Assembly (NCBI GenBank): GCA_951406725.2
Contig: OX597817.1
Coordinates: 125,922,001 to 125,986,000, forward strand
DNA: 64,000 nucleotides
Direction: 5' to 3'
Origin: Octopus vulgaris
Taxonomy: Eukaryota
Shown here: positions 1 through 13,879 of the stretch, piece after piece
Layout: each line of letters opens with the position of its first letter
How positions within the stretch are numbered: the first letter of the stretch is position 1
Notes under the pieces: model-generated
Databases searched by the model: none
The model's input: the letters and a program-made list of their open reading frames with translations, nothing else
What the model was told of the DNA's origin: nothing
Translations under genes and position numbers: made by a program

Positions 1-1085
1 TCTCGTTCAACTACATAAAATCCTCGAAACCTTCACAAGAAAAAATAGCAAACAAAGAAAAAGTATTAGAACGTGACGAAATGGATAAACAGAAAACTTC
101 GAATGCACACCCAAAAATGTGCGTTTTGTTAAATATATGTATGTGTATGTTTATGTGTTTGTGTGTGCGTAAGTATGTGTGCGTGCGTGCGTGGTTATGC
201 GTGTACATATATACGCACGCATATGTGCATGCATATGCCTGTGCGTACCTGTCTAAATTTGTATATATGTATACGACCAACTGTTTTTTACTTACGAATT
301 TCATACACCCATGCGTGCGCATGTAAATATTCCAGTAGTAATGCAGAATAAAAGTATTGTTATGTTAGTTATTAATGCGTTAAAATAGAATATAATTTCC
401 GTGACCGAGTTAACTTTTCGATTGATAAATTATTCTTTTAGGTTGTGTGCAGATTAGATAATAATATTCAGTATGTCTTTTGGCTGAATCTGTCTTCGAA
501 TTAAAAATTTCGTAACTGATCTAGTTATCAGGCATCGTTAAAAAAGCTTGGTCGTTCTACAGAAGCATTTCACTTGAAATCTGATTAATAAGTTTGGTTC
601 CAACTTACAAAACGTAATGACAGAATAAATTCTAAATCAAAATAAGGTCCCTGCACAATAGAAATAGCTACTAGATTAAGAGTCATCTGCGGTCACGAAG
701 GTGAGTTATCTTCAAAATCTTAATCGTAATTAATTAAAACAGAATACAGTTAACAAGGATAGGCTGTGCATATGGTATTATAATTTTTTTTACAATTTTG
801 GGCAAGTTTTGTTCTTATTTGATTTATTTAGTGAAGTATAATTTTTACCTGAAAACTCTGAGCAGTGATGAGAAGACTGGTATATGGGTGTCAGAAGTAA
901 GGCTAACCACAACCCATATATACCCAGCTATATCAGCTTAAAATCGACTAAATTTCAACACTGTCTCCACCTTAATCAAGGGCAGGGTACCTAACAACCG
1001 ATGCCTGCGCTGCGTATTGGTTGACCTTATAAACGTCTGCATTTTCTGTAACCGCCCACAACCGTCTCTGTATGCTTGGATGTGC

Positions 1086-1106
1086 GCACGCACGCACGCT
1101 CGCACG

Positions 1107-1144
<38 letters not shown>
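1086..1144. repeat. (CACG)n/(CA)n microsatellite
   Basis: Direct tandem di- and tetranucleotide repeat. Confidence 0.95.
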
Positions 1145-1147
<3 letters not shown>

Positions 1148-1174
1148 TTACACCCAATTAGACTTTTACACATT

Positions 1175-1960
1175 AACTAGCTTCAGAAATTTGCAGCCAC
1201 GCTGGGAACCGCTGTTAGCTGTGCTACACTATCTGAAACCTCCTCTGATATTTAGCATTTAGTGAATGAGATAGTTTGATGTTGTTGTCCTCACCTGCGT
1301 TTCTTACTCGGAAATCTTGACAAGAGAAGATCCAGTTCTGTTTTGAAAACACATATACCTCCACCATGTCTCTGAAGTTTTTGGTAGGTTGCTGAAAGAG
1401 TTGTAGACCATTGGCACCCAAACATTTGCACTATTTTGTCCTGTATCATGATGGTGATGTTTAAATCTTTACTGCTATGTAGCAGCGCCCTCTGCTGCAG
1501 CTTGTGAAACTTACTCTCGCAAATTTTGTTACAAGTCCTTCGTTGATTTTTCTGGTATATGTTATCTTTTATCTTCCCCACCTGCGTTCTAGGGAGTAGG
1601 ATCTTCCTAGTAGCTGATATGTCGCAATGAGATCACTGTTTGTGTAGCTGGATTGCTTCGAGTTCCGTCGTTAATTAAAACACTGTGCGGTAACCAAATC
1701 TAGGAGCAGTAATCTAAGATGCTGAGAACATATGTCGTTCAGAGGACCATCATGGTTTATTGTTGTCTCTTTCCGAGTATTGTGGGGATCCATTCGGCCA
1801 GCCATCTGTATTTTATTGCTAATTTAGTATTATGCATCCGGATAGATGTATCATTACGAATGTCAATGCCCAGATCATGCACTGATTTTGATTCAAAGAT
1901 TGCATTCCAACCAGGCCCGTCCTCTATTTCTTTCTTTCCCTATAACACTAACAAACTACA
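1175..1960 (-). mobile_element. Decayed 3' portion of a CR1-clade LINE (RT C-terminus plus 3' tail)
   Basis: Minus-strand broken frames read TMMVL*TTYVLSILDYCS*IWLPH, SLERRW and VFKTELDLLLSRFP, homologous to the LINE at 45-47.7 kb. A degenerate tail CAGCGGTTCCCAGCGTGGCTGC...CTGAAGCTAG lies at ~1175-1215. Confidence 0.7.
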
Positions 1961-2813
1961 ATCCGATGCCATATTCCCATCCAGCAACGCTGTTGCAACT
2001 ACATTAGCAAACACCGGATGTAAACACAAGCACAGACACAAACGTGTTCATCCACATAGACTTGCGCAAATTCACACAGAAATGTATACATCCACGTTCA
2101 GCAACATTTGTATGCTTACACACCCAACCACGCATTACCAAACATGTAAGCACATACATTCATGCACATACATGAAATACTAACGCACATGTATTCGCAC
2201 ACACACAGTTGATACATTGGCAGCCGAGATACACACGGAAAGACTCACACATGACTGACACATACCCGTACCTATACATACACACACCCTGACAAATGCG
2301 TACACATAACAGCAAGAGTTGCCATCAACTTTCACCCACACACCAGCTTACCCGCACAGACACAACTACACACACTCACAAATAGTATATTTATACGATC
2401 AGACACGCACACCCACGCATATATACATCTGGCATATATACACACACAGAACCACGCTGGCCATCGATCCAATGTTTCGCATGTCCATTCGAAGACCAGC
2501 CAGATATCCAGAAGTTACCGGCTTCCTGTTCAGCCCAGTAGTCAAAAGAATTGAAATCGAGATCTCATTCTTAATGGATTTGTTTTCACTAGAATTTCAA
2601 TTAAACGCACAATAACACCATGTGACCCACATTGTCCAGTTGCAGAACACTCTCTGGTAGCGATCTTAGACTTTCTGCGCGTATGTTCAGCCGCCTGAGT
2701 TGAACGAGCTAGGTTTCAGTAAAGAGCTTACAAAACGTTAAGGTGGGTGTCTATGGCCGAATCAAACTGTTAAAGATAATATATGTAACGACTAAATGTG
2801 TTGAATGGCTCTC

Positions 2814-2863
<50 letters not shown>

Positions 2864-3019
2864 ATGTGTGTGTGTATGTGTGTGTGTTTTGCTCAAGAAT
2901 AGAACGCATCACCAGGTCCAGTAACTGAAATCACGATCGCTAGAGTGCAATTTCTTAGCTATTTACCCATGCACAATCTATGTATATATTTATATGGATT
3001 TCGATATATATTTTCTATT

Positions 3020-3076
3020 TATTTTTCATTTTATCTAGTTTCAGCTCACGAGCTGTGGCCATGCTGGGGCACCGCC
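3020..3076 (-). mobile_element. Isolated LINE/SINE 3' tail (extreme 5' truncation)
   Basis: Reverse complement GGCGGTGCCCCAGCATGGCCACAGCTCGTGAGCTGAAACTAGATAAAATGAAAA matches the tail of the LINE fragment at 63205-63257. Confidence 0.7.
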
Positions 3077-3613
3077 ATTTAGCTGATTTATTATGATAAT
3101 ATTAATGATGTCCCTACATTCCTCTTGTCTGAATGCTACTAGAGGTTCTTTTCCTATGCATTGATATTTTGGAAGTAGAGTAAAATCAATGACATATTAC
3201 TTGTAATACACTGGTGAATATGTAATCGAAATCATCTGCTTGCTAAGTAGGACTTTGGTTTTTCTGTAGCAACCAATGCTTCATAGCCTTTGGCTGAAAG
3301 AAAACGACTTTCCATCATACCCAGCGCCCGATAATTCTTAAGCTGAAATACATTACTTATAATAATAGCCCAGTAATTCGCTTCAGGCAAAATACTGAAA
3401 TAATTTCCAATTTATTTTTCTTTATATTAAATATTTTGTCCAATTCTTTCGGAAAATTCGATTTGAATAGGGATTTAATTTATACAATATTTTTAAGCAA
3501 TATTTAAAATTCGTATATATATTGGTAACGCGAGTCTAAAATTAGAAATTAGTTTATTGACGGTATAGATTTCTCTTCAGTTGGCTGACAAATGGAAGAT
3601 ACGCATTTACAGA

Positions 3614-3751
<138 letters not shown>

Positions 3752-4635
3752 TATTATTTCACCGGAGTATATATGCAGGATGATGACAATTTTGCAGCCT
3801 TCATCAATGTAAAAATTTAAGTGTATAATAATCTATTTTAATTTATATGTCTGCATCAGTATGCATGTTATTCATTGCATTGTACCATAGTAAATTTACA
3901 AATCAATACACATATTGAAGACAAGCGCATCAGATGAACAGACTATCATGGTTACACCGATTTTTCAACTCTGCTAGATATGTATAAAATTAGCCTTTGT
4001 TAATACAGTGTATTGAAGACCGATAAGTGCTAAAATTTACTACAGAGAGAAGATACAAGAAAAAAGCACATCTAGGAAGATATTGAAGGGAAATTATGAG
4101 TATTGGTGATGAAGGTGGTGAAGAAAATAATGAATAAGGCAATATAAACTTACAAAAATAAAAATAAAAATACATAACCGCATCTACATAGACGTATATT
4201 CGTACACCTTAATCTACATGCATATATTGTAAAGAGACAAACATATGCACACACTCAAACCTATGCATGTATCTATTAGCATAAATACATATACAACTAA
4301 AGATGTACCGAATCCCATATATGCAAAATACAAAAATAAAATAATATATGCATATACAAATAAATGTACTAATAGAGTGTATGCTCTCGTGTACCTATAG
4401 AGATAAATAGATATGTATGGGCACACATACATATACACAAATATGCATGGTACACATGTATGTATATGAATATACATATTATATCTATATGAAAATACGT
4501 TAGAAAAAAGACATACGTATACATATATATTTTTCTTAGATATATACACACAACTACAACTATGCACGTGTACCCAAATGCGATTTTACATAACAAACAG
4601 ATATCTACGTATATAGGAACACATATGAGAGCATG

Positions 4636-4833
4636 TACGAGGAGGTATTAATACATTCCTGGTTTTAGGTAAAACAAATCACTGGAGGATCAGTTAACTA
4701 GGATTTATTGAGCAACACATGTATTGTAGCGGTCCTTCATTTTTTAAGTCCTGTAAAAAACTCGGACGGTTGGGCCTCCAACTAGGCTTTGGCCATACCC
4801 TTGATTCCAGCAACTTTTCAGTACTCCCTGGTA
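4636..4833. mobile_element. Mariner-derived MITE (~195 bp)
   Basis: Imperfect TIRs TACGAGGAGGTATTAATACATTCCTGG and CCAGCAACTTTTCAGTACTCCCTGGTA; TA ends; TACGAGG-type mariner terminus. Confidence 0.65.
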
Positions 4834-5659
4834 TATAAACATTTGAATTATATTGAATCTACTAACATGGTTATTGGAACAAAATTAACTATTCGTAGAT
4901 ATTAAAAATAGGAGCTAATTTGTAAGGTATATGAGAAACTGGAGTACATGGATTGACGTGTAAATTTACAGCCATTATCAATAACAGAGTGTGTAAATCG
5001 CTAATACATTATCTATCACCCTAGTAAAAACAAATTATGGCTAGTTGAGGCAGGGAATTTATATTGATAAAAGTTTAAACGTTATTAATATTCAAAATCC
5101 AAGTGTACAGTTAGGTATAGATTATCATATAGAAATTATTTAAAATTTTAGGTGCTTGCACAGCTGCAAAACAAGCGTATTCTTAGATAGCAGAATGTTT
5201 GAATATGTTCTAATATATTATTCATTGCAGTAGTGGAAATATATAAGGTTAAGAAAGTAGGGAAATATTTCGTTGTATTGATCTAGGAAACAGAATGTGT
5301 GGACGTGCTAGAATACATTACCATTTAAGGCAGGATTAAATATGGTTCACTATATAAGGGAAATAACTTGCAAACAAGGATGATTTAGATATATGTGCTG
5401 GTAGTCATGGGTAAGAATTGTTCTTACTAATAACAAAATATGTGATAAGAAAATATATCCTATTTTTATCAAATTCTAAGGTTATGTAATAAGGATAATA
5501 AAGTTAGGGAATGTATTCGAAGTTCTGACCTAGTTTATAAAGTCAATTACTGCAGATTTAATGAGCAAGCATAACGTCAGGTACAGTGAGAATGCAGAAA
5601 AGATTTATATTTAAGGTGCTGTCATCTTATAATCAAGCTGATTAATCATATTTGATTTG

Positions 5660-7410
5660 AGTTTATTAATTTTATTAATAGAGAATGCCACAGATACATG
5701 GAGCCCACGTCATCCATCACCACTTTTATACGGTTGTGCATTACCTACCATAGAACAATCAATTTTGAATTCAATATTATCTACAGTGGCCTTTGTTATG
5801 TTAAAAAGTTCATTTGTGATTATTCCAAAGAAGTTTAAATGAGGAAGAGGTTGCACAAAAGGAAATATGTGCTTTACTAAAAGCAGTGATGGAGCACTTT
5901 CAAAACATATTATTCCTCAGGTACTGGTCCTTAACGGAAAACAATGATTTATTACGAGTGCTATATAGGGCAAAGTTATCTCGATTATTGGTAGAAAAGA
6001 TGAGTCCTTTTTTACAGTTATTAGTACTATTTTTATTGGAATCATGAACCTAGACACATTGATATTTTTAATAAAGATATTATATTGCAATTATTTTGGA
6101 GGGTAGAAGTTGCCATATTAGATATACTGCTATTTGTTGTCGTATTCACTAGAGTTAAATCTTGCTATATATTCAGGAATGTGTGTTTATTGAAAATTTT
6201 ATTATACGGGATAGTGTTAGGGAAGTGTTTATCTAAAGCTTGAAGTATATTTCCAGCAACAGTACAAGAAAATTGTAGATTGAATGGTAAGTTAAAACAC
6301 AAACCATTCATACGCGAATAATTTTCGTATTTATTCTCATTTTTATTTGGATTAAATGGAATAATGTCAAAAGTAGTTTGGTGACGACGATAGTTAATCA
6401 CATTATCTTTATATATAAAAGAAAGGTTGTGTGTCTGTCTACTCCGATTTAGATTCCTAACTACTCCCACATTTTGCGGTGCAGTTTAACCAAAACCGGG
6501 TATCTTATAGTCGTGATTCATATCAAGCCCTTCTGGGTATTAGTGTGCGTCTACGATGAGTCTACGATTTTAAAAATAATTTACCATCATTTTTTTCCAT
6601 TTTAATGCATTTTCTTTTTAATATAAGGGAAGTAACTCTCTAAAAATGTCTACGATGAGTCAACGATTTAAAAAAAAAATTACCATATTTTTTTTCCCTT
6701 TTTAATGCATTTTTTGCTATTTTTTGGCTATAACTCTCTAAAAATGCTTTATAGTTATTTCCCTTACAAACCCGAGCAACGCCGGGCGATACTGCTAGTT
6801 TGATCTAAATACATTATTGTTGCTATTGTTAGTGTTGTTGTTGTTGTTGTTCTCCTCCTCCTTTTTTCTTAATATTATTATTATTAGTTTTATTATTATT
6901 AATACCTATGGTAACTATTATCACCTTATAATTAATATTATTGTTATCTTAAAAGGTATGAGTACAATACTGATTACCACGTAATTTGCCTGACAATTTA
7001 TAAGTTTTCCGTCATTACTAAGATGGTTCTATTAATGCAAGCAAATTTTAAGGCTTTTCTTAGATTGGGCATATCCTTAGTGCAACAAATTATTTTCATT
7101 AACTTTATTGCTTACTGACTGCATATAATTGCTATTGTCATCATTACATTAAAGAAGATATGCTATTTTCTTTTTGTAACCAACCCTGATGAAAGCTTCA
7201 TTATAGTAATTAGCATTTTGCTTAAAGATGTCGCAGTTAGCGGATAGCAATGGTGTACAGGAAAATACATCAGTTACAATGAAACATCTGACTGCCTTTT
7301 GATGATTTAAGAAGTAATTTATATAAGTTGACGTGGCTTATGAGGTTTATAGAATCCTACACTAAGACCTAAAATGAAGTCTACGAAGTTTACTAATATA
7401 ACACGGAAAT
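5660..7410 (-). mobile_element. Decayed Penelope-like retroelement (RT thumb, linker, GIY-YIG endonuclease), interrupted by a Helitron-like insert and simple repeats
   Basis: Minus-strand peptides in PLE order: VNFVDFILGLSVGFYKPHKP...LSANCDIFKQNANYYNEAFIRVGY (~7400-7170); CFNLPFNLQFSCTVAGNILQALDKHFPNTIPYNKIFNKHT (~6300-6175, cf. WFNPP...DKHFP...KIFNR); IEFKIDCSMVGNAQPYKSG (~5775-5720, cf. IKWSI..RAQPYK.G). Confidence 0.7.
6500..6798 (+). mobile_element. Non-autonomous Helitron 3' end
   Basis: GC hairpin CCCGAGCAACGCCGGG (6771-6786) followed 8 nt later by CTAG|T. Internal ~100 bp tandem duplication starting GTCTACGATGAGTC. 5' boundary uncertain. Confidence 0.7.
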
Positions 7411-7439
7411 AAAGAAGGAGAGAAAACAGAAAAAGGTTT

Positions 7440-8340
7440 AGTGGCAAGTGATCTATCATGGCGAATGCTGGACTGAGGGTACATACAGGAGAGCTAATAA
7501 AGTAGTGGGGATCCCAAAATAAAGGTGCGCGTGCTTGTGTATGTGAGAACATGTATGTGCGTGTGGAAGGGGGCTGGTGACATTGACGTGTGCGTGTGTG
7601 CATGTGTAGGAGTGTTGATGGTGGTGTGGATGCTGGGAAGTGGTCAGAGCTAGTGTGTACGGGGTGGTATGATGTGGTGATGTGTGGTGGTGTGATGTGG
7701 TTGTATGGTGGTGCGAGATGTGGTGTGGGGTGGTGGGTGTGGTGGAGTCGAGAGACGGGCATGCAAGAGTGCCGTCTAAGTCATAGGGTGGGGTGGGGTG
7801 GGATTGGATGTATTGAGTTGGTGGAAGGGAGAAGGTGGGTAGGAGTGAAGAGAGGAAGTAGGTGCCAGAGAGTAGAGGTGGGTGGGAGGAAGTAGGTGTG
7901 AGGGGAAGAAAGGAGACAGGAAGAGAGGAGAGAGGAGGGGTAAATGAAGAGCAGAGGAGACTTGAACCCATGCGGCGCAAAGTAATGAAGGGATAAAATT
8001 AATCCCTGCACATGGCGTAGCCTTGAGTCCGGATGGTCCCTGTGTAAGTACAATCCGAACACAGGTGTTGTGAAGAGTGACCGGTAGAGCGGAAATGGCG
8101 CGAGTCAGTGATATGATAGCGTCGATGATGGGTGCCAGTGAGGAGGATGGTGTTGGAGAGGTAAGGGCAAGTGCAGCAGCATGGGCAGGAGTAAGGGAAC
8201 GAGCCAGGTTGGGGAGGTTGGGTTAGAGAAGACGCTCTGTAACAAGAGGTCTCTTAAGTTGTGGGCTAATTTGAATGAGTGTATGGTCGGTTAGAGAAGA
8301 TGTGCAAAGTGGAAGGGACCGACTGGAGTCGCCGATACAC
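7440..8340 (-). mobile_element. Penelope-like (Neptune-type) retroelement 3' fragment with internally deleted GIY-YIG domain and C/A-rich 3' region
   Basis: Minus strand: AHNLRDLLLQS, PGSFPYSCPCCCTCPYLSNTILLTGTHHRRYHITDS (Cys linker) joined directly to RHFRSTGHS...FGLYLHRDHPDSRLRHVQGLILSLHYFAPHG (GIY-YIG C-terminus). Confidence 0.75.
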
Positions 8341-9248
8341 CTACACATAAATGTGCACATTCACACTTATAAATGTTGAGCATTTGCTGTAGTTTTCAAG
8401 AACAAACTTTCACAGAAATCAACGTATATTTAGAGTAAGTGGGTTAGCTTTTGAAATACTCAGAAAAAAAAAATGAAACTGAGAATTCAGTCTATTAGTG
8501 AAAGCTTGATTCAAAATTTAGTTTTGGAGTATTTGCTTTGCTTGCGACTTATTTTCTGCAGAATAGTCGGAAATTGAAATAATACACAGGAAAATTCTTA
8601 TTTGAATTTCGTATGTCAACACTAAGTGCTATAAGGAAGAGGAAATTGGAAATAAAAAGAATAGTCAGCATATACATGTGAGTGTGTGTGTGTACATGTG
8701 TTTTGGCTTGTGAGTAAATTTATGTGTCAGTATGTATGTGAGTGCATATGTGGAATTTATAGTATTACATTTAATGCCTGTGTTACCTTCGTTTCTTCAT
8801 TTAATGGAATATATATTTTACGAAGATAAATATTAGTACGAATATAAATATAAAAGAAATAAAATATAACAATATGTTTAGGTAAACGATAGGCTTCTCG
8901 TTTGACTGATATTCAACTAATACAATTTACAGTTGGAAGTTAATGGTGAATATACGTGTATATATATTTAAGCGCAAACATACACGCACATCAAAGCAAC
9001 CACGCACACATACACAATGTAAATACATGTGCACTGTTGGCAATTTCTTTCGTCTGGCTTCTTTTCTCTTGGACTTTCCACTATCTCCTGTTTCTGAAGA
9101 AATTTGCTCGAAACGTCAAACAACTTTTCTTACCTACCCTGAGTGTCTTTTAATACTTTGCATGTATAACCTCGTCACGTTTTTATTTTCTAATTTTGCT
9201 TTTCTTCAATTTCATATTTTCGTTGATTATATATATATATATATATAT

Positions 9249-9646
9249 AGGGGCTACATACAGAGGGGACAAACAAGGACAGACAAATGGATTAAGTCGA
9301 TTATATCGACCCCAGTGTGTAACTGGTACTTATTTAGTCAACCTTGAAAGGATGAAAGGCAAAGTCGACCTCGGCGGAATTTGAACTCAGAACGTAGTGG
9401 CAGACGAAATACCTATTTCTTTAAAACCCACAAGGGGCTGAACACAGAGATGACAAACAAGGATAGACAAACGGATTAAGTCGATTATATCGACCCCAGT
9501 GCGTAACTGGTACTTATTTAATCGACCCCGAAAGGATGAAAGGCAAAGTCGACCTCAGCTGACTTTGAACTCAGAACGTAACCGCTGACGAAATGCCGCC
9601 AAACATTTCGCCCGGCGTGCTTAACGTTTCTGCCAGGTCGCTGCCT
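9249..9646 (-). mobile_element. Two tandem tRNA-derived SINE copies with Meta/MESC-like central domain (one near full-length, one 5'-truncated)
   Basis: Reverse complement contains GAGTTCAAA B-box and GTCGACTTTGCCTTTCATCCTTTCGGGGTCGAT..AAGTACCAG twice. Confidence 0.85.
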
Positions 9647-9649
9647 TCT

Positions 9650-10293
9650 GTTTCTTTTCGGTGTTACAACGTGTTTTGTTGGTCTCTCGCTCAACTGTGC
9701 CCCACGTACAAAAATCGAGGGTAGTGCAGTCTGAAGAGTTAGGTAGTCAGATGTTAGTAGAGACAGATCGCAGAAACTGTCTGACAGCCATGACTGTTTT
9801 TCCTGCTTGTGTGGCATGTTGCAGAATCCTTTTGCCAAACATAGGATCTTCCACCAGCCACTCTCTTGAAACAGGGAAACACCACCTCCTCCATGCACTT
9901 GATGTAAGCCTCCGTGTTGAGTGTGAGGCCATGCGGAAAGATGAATGGAGGCATAACGTTGCCATTATTAGTGATCATTCCAAACAGCATGATATTGGTT
10001 GAATGTTTGACTTTTATTAGTGTCAGAATATATCCTCAGATTGCAGTGAACCTAGATTGATACCCAAACACTCTGAAATATTCGTTTTGGAACTTTTGGG
10101 AACTAAATCCAAGCAGTACAGCAGGTCGTTTCCAAATGTCTGGCAGAGGGAATAGTGTCATTATGATGTTTTTCTCGTAGATGGTATCCAAATAACCCTA
10201 CTATGCTGTGTAGAGAACAAAATCAAAAACATACTACACACATGCACGAAATTAAATGTATAAAACAGCGACAATTTACACAGCACAGTCGGT
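9650..10293 (-). mobile_element. maT/DD37D-type Tc1-mariner transposon remnant, internally deleted
   Basis: MPPFIFPHGLTLNTEAYIKCMEEVV..RSYVWQKDSATCHTS; degenerate 5' TIR-like end at ~10265-10293 next to TA. Confidence 0.8.
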
Positions 10294-10310
10294 ATATGTA
10301 TACACATACC

Positions 10311-10992
<682 letters not shown>

Positions 10993-11004
10993 GATTGCCA
11001 ATAT

Positions 11005-11064
<60 letters not shown>

Positions 11065-11067
<3 letters not shown>

Positions 11068-11530
11068 ATGCAAAGGATTTAGCGGTACATATGTTTCTGG
11101 CTTTATTGGACAGTTTATATCAATGCATAATTGGTGTAACATGTATGTCAATAGCCTTCTTCAGCCGCGCACAATTACAATACCAAAGACACGTGTTACA
11201 TTATAGCAGGTTTCAGAAGAAGTTTGTGAAAAAGACGAGTTTCGTTGGGAATGCAAATTCTCTTAGTCGTATGGGGCAAAGCGAGACAGCCCCCAAAAAA
11301 ACGTCCATACCGTTTTTTCACTCGATTCTATATCGAGTGAAAAAACGGTATGTTACATCAATTACGCATTGATATAAACTGTCCAATAAAGCCAGAAACA
11401 TATGTACCTCTAAATCCTTTGTATCCTCTTTTTCTTTTGATACATATACCCTATCACCTACACCGCTAACTGGCATATACAGGTGCTTACAGTTATGAAG
11501 TATTCACCCTGAATTTTTTGTACCCAACTA
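11065..11530. mobile_element. Non-coding hammerhead-bearing element with divergent inverted arms, between (TA)n tracts
   Basis: ~76 bp inverted repeat (11066-11142 vs ~11350-11428) plus a perfect 21 bp hairpin at ~11306-11352. Confidence 0.7.
11082..11168 (-). ncRNA. Minimal type I hammerhead ribozyme (candidate)
   Basis: GCGG-CUGAAGA-aGGCUAUUGACA...UGUCCAAUAAAGCCa-GAAA-CAUAUG-UA-CCGC. Intact core, palindromic stem III, GUA cleavage site. Confidence 0.82.
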
Positions 11531-11764
11531 TATATATATATATATATATATATACACAAATGTGTATGTATGTATATTATCAGTATTTCTACTGAAGGTG
11601 TAGCCATGTTCATATTCCTATCTATATACATGAACTATATCTATGTTGTGACTAAACGAACATAAATAATTGAACATTATTGCATAAATTATTGTTACAC
11701 GGTATTTGCAAATTTTCTGACAGTGGATCTTCTTTGCATCCATTAATCTCCTTTTACATACGAT

Positions 11765-11816
<52 letters not shown>

Positions 11817-12401
11817 CTGTGAGTGTGTGTATGAGTAGTACACATAGAATTGAAATCCATGCCATATATCAATAAACCTAAGAAATGCAATTGATGTTTA
11901 GCTGCATGATAGCACATTCTTTTCAGATCTAAGATTTTCACCGTACTACGGAATTCCAGAACCAAAAATCTCAGTAAATTCAAACATACGGATTAATCTC
12001 CATCGCTGAACTGGACACCTCCAGAGCAGCTGTTTGAGGCCAGAGTTTAATTATGACGTTAGTTTAATTATGACGTAATGGTCAAGGATACAATCTAATT
12101 TTTAATCTATTTTCTTTTGTCGTTCCTACTCACCCATCCACTTTGCATTCTCCATCTCGTTTTTCTTTAATATCTCTTGTACTAGCGTATTCTTTGGAAA
12201 ATTACATACAACATGTACTCAGAGAGTGTGGGCTGCCTGAATACACAACGCGTGTTATATAAACCTGCCTAAACTCGCGTATGTATATATATATATATGA
12301 GAGTGTGTGTGTCTGTGTCTGTGCGTGCGTTTGTTTGCGCGTGTATGTGTGTCTGTATGTGTGTGTGCCTATATGTATATGAGAGTATGCATTTATATAT
12401 A

Positions 12402-12492
12402 TGCAGGAGTGGCTATGTGGTAATTGGCTTGCTTACCAACCATATCTTTTCGGGTTCAGTCCCACTGCGAGTTACCTTGGACAAGTATCTTC

Positions 12493-12497
<5 letters not shown>
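12402..12497 (+). mobile_element. tRNA-derived SINE family A, head only
   Basis: GCAGGAGTGGCTATGTGGTAA...GGGTTCAGTCCC...CCTTGGACAAGT, matches 39555. Confidence 0.8.
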
Positions 12498-12533
<36 letters not shown>

Positions 12534-12556
12534 CATATATATATATATATATGTAC

Positions 12557-12587
<31 letters not shown>

Positions 12588-12759
12588 CATGCATATATAT
12601 ATATACATTTATATGTATATATATATATATATATTAAGGTATGTAGAAAAATACAACATGGACAAGAACGTATAACTCTTAGAAGACGACACAATAAACA
12701 CGGACAGGACATTCGAAACCCTCAGTCTTCAGTCAAGAACCGGATCATCGTAGTAATTT

Positions 12760-12800
<41 letters not shown>

Positions 12801-13879
12801 TATATATGTATATGTATATGTGTATGTATGTATGTATATGTTTACTGTCTTTTCGCATATTCAGCCAATATTTGGTATATAACGTTTGATTTCATCATGC
12901 AAACGACTCTGTATTCTGAATGGAAACCACATATGTGAAAATAGTATGAAGACACGGATTCTCCTCAGAAGACTGTATGACATATTTGGTGGATGGAAAA
13001 TATACAAGACAAATTTTTCATCGATAATTATTTATGTAAAGTTAGAGATACATATTAAAAGAGAAGGGTTTTTTAAAGAGATATGGAAATAGTAAGGGAA
13101 AGAGAGAAAACATGATGGCATTAGAAGTATGTTAGCTATGCAAATAGCTATAACAGCGGCAAGCGGAATATCAATACGTGAAAAGAGTTAAGACAGAGAG
13201 GAAACATTTGCGTGATGTAGTGCAAAAAGAGGCATGAAATGTTAAATGCTGAGAAACATATCAGTAGCGGAGGAAAATATACTTAATAGTGATGACGCAG
13301 AAAGAATAATAAACTACTGATATACATTTGTGCCTCTAGCTCTACACAACCGTACGAAATACCTTCTCGAAACGAATTCCGTAGTTATGTCGTCAACAGT
13401 ATAACTGTTGTAAACTACACCGCCATTTTGAACTAATACTGCTGCCGTCATCCATAATTAAGATTATGGAGCCTACCGGCCAATAGTAGGTTTGTTGATG
13501 TGTTAATCAGTTGCTTTTACACCTGTATGATGAAAGGCTAACTTCCTCAGGCCATCTGTTTGCTATTTCACATTGGTACTATTGACGTTGAACAAAGTTG
13601 AAATACGTATTTAGAACTGCCACTGCTGCTACTGTAGTATGTTCCCTGCTGTTGATATATTTCTATGTATATAGAAACTATAGGTCTCTAAGAAATGTTT
13701 CCTAGAGACAAATACCGCACAAATATCTTGAATATTAATTTCTACCGAATGAAGAAAATGTTCTCTGTTTGTTGAAGTTTTGTCATCGTGCAACCAAACA
13801 AACGGACATTAATGGTATTTCTACATAAATTGTTTGAGTTATACTTCGTCAAGCCACAAATGGAAATTGAAACTTAGAC

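Noticed and set aside
1719-2183. 154 aa plus-strand ORF
   Set aside because: Antisense of a decayed LINE running into CA-rich simple sequence
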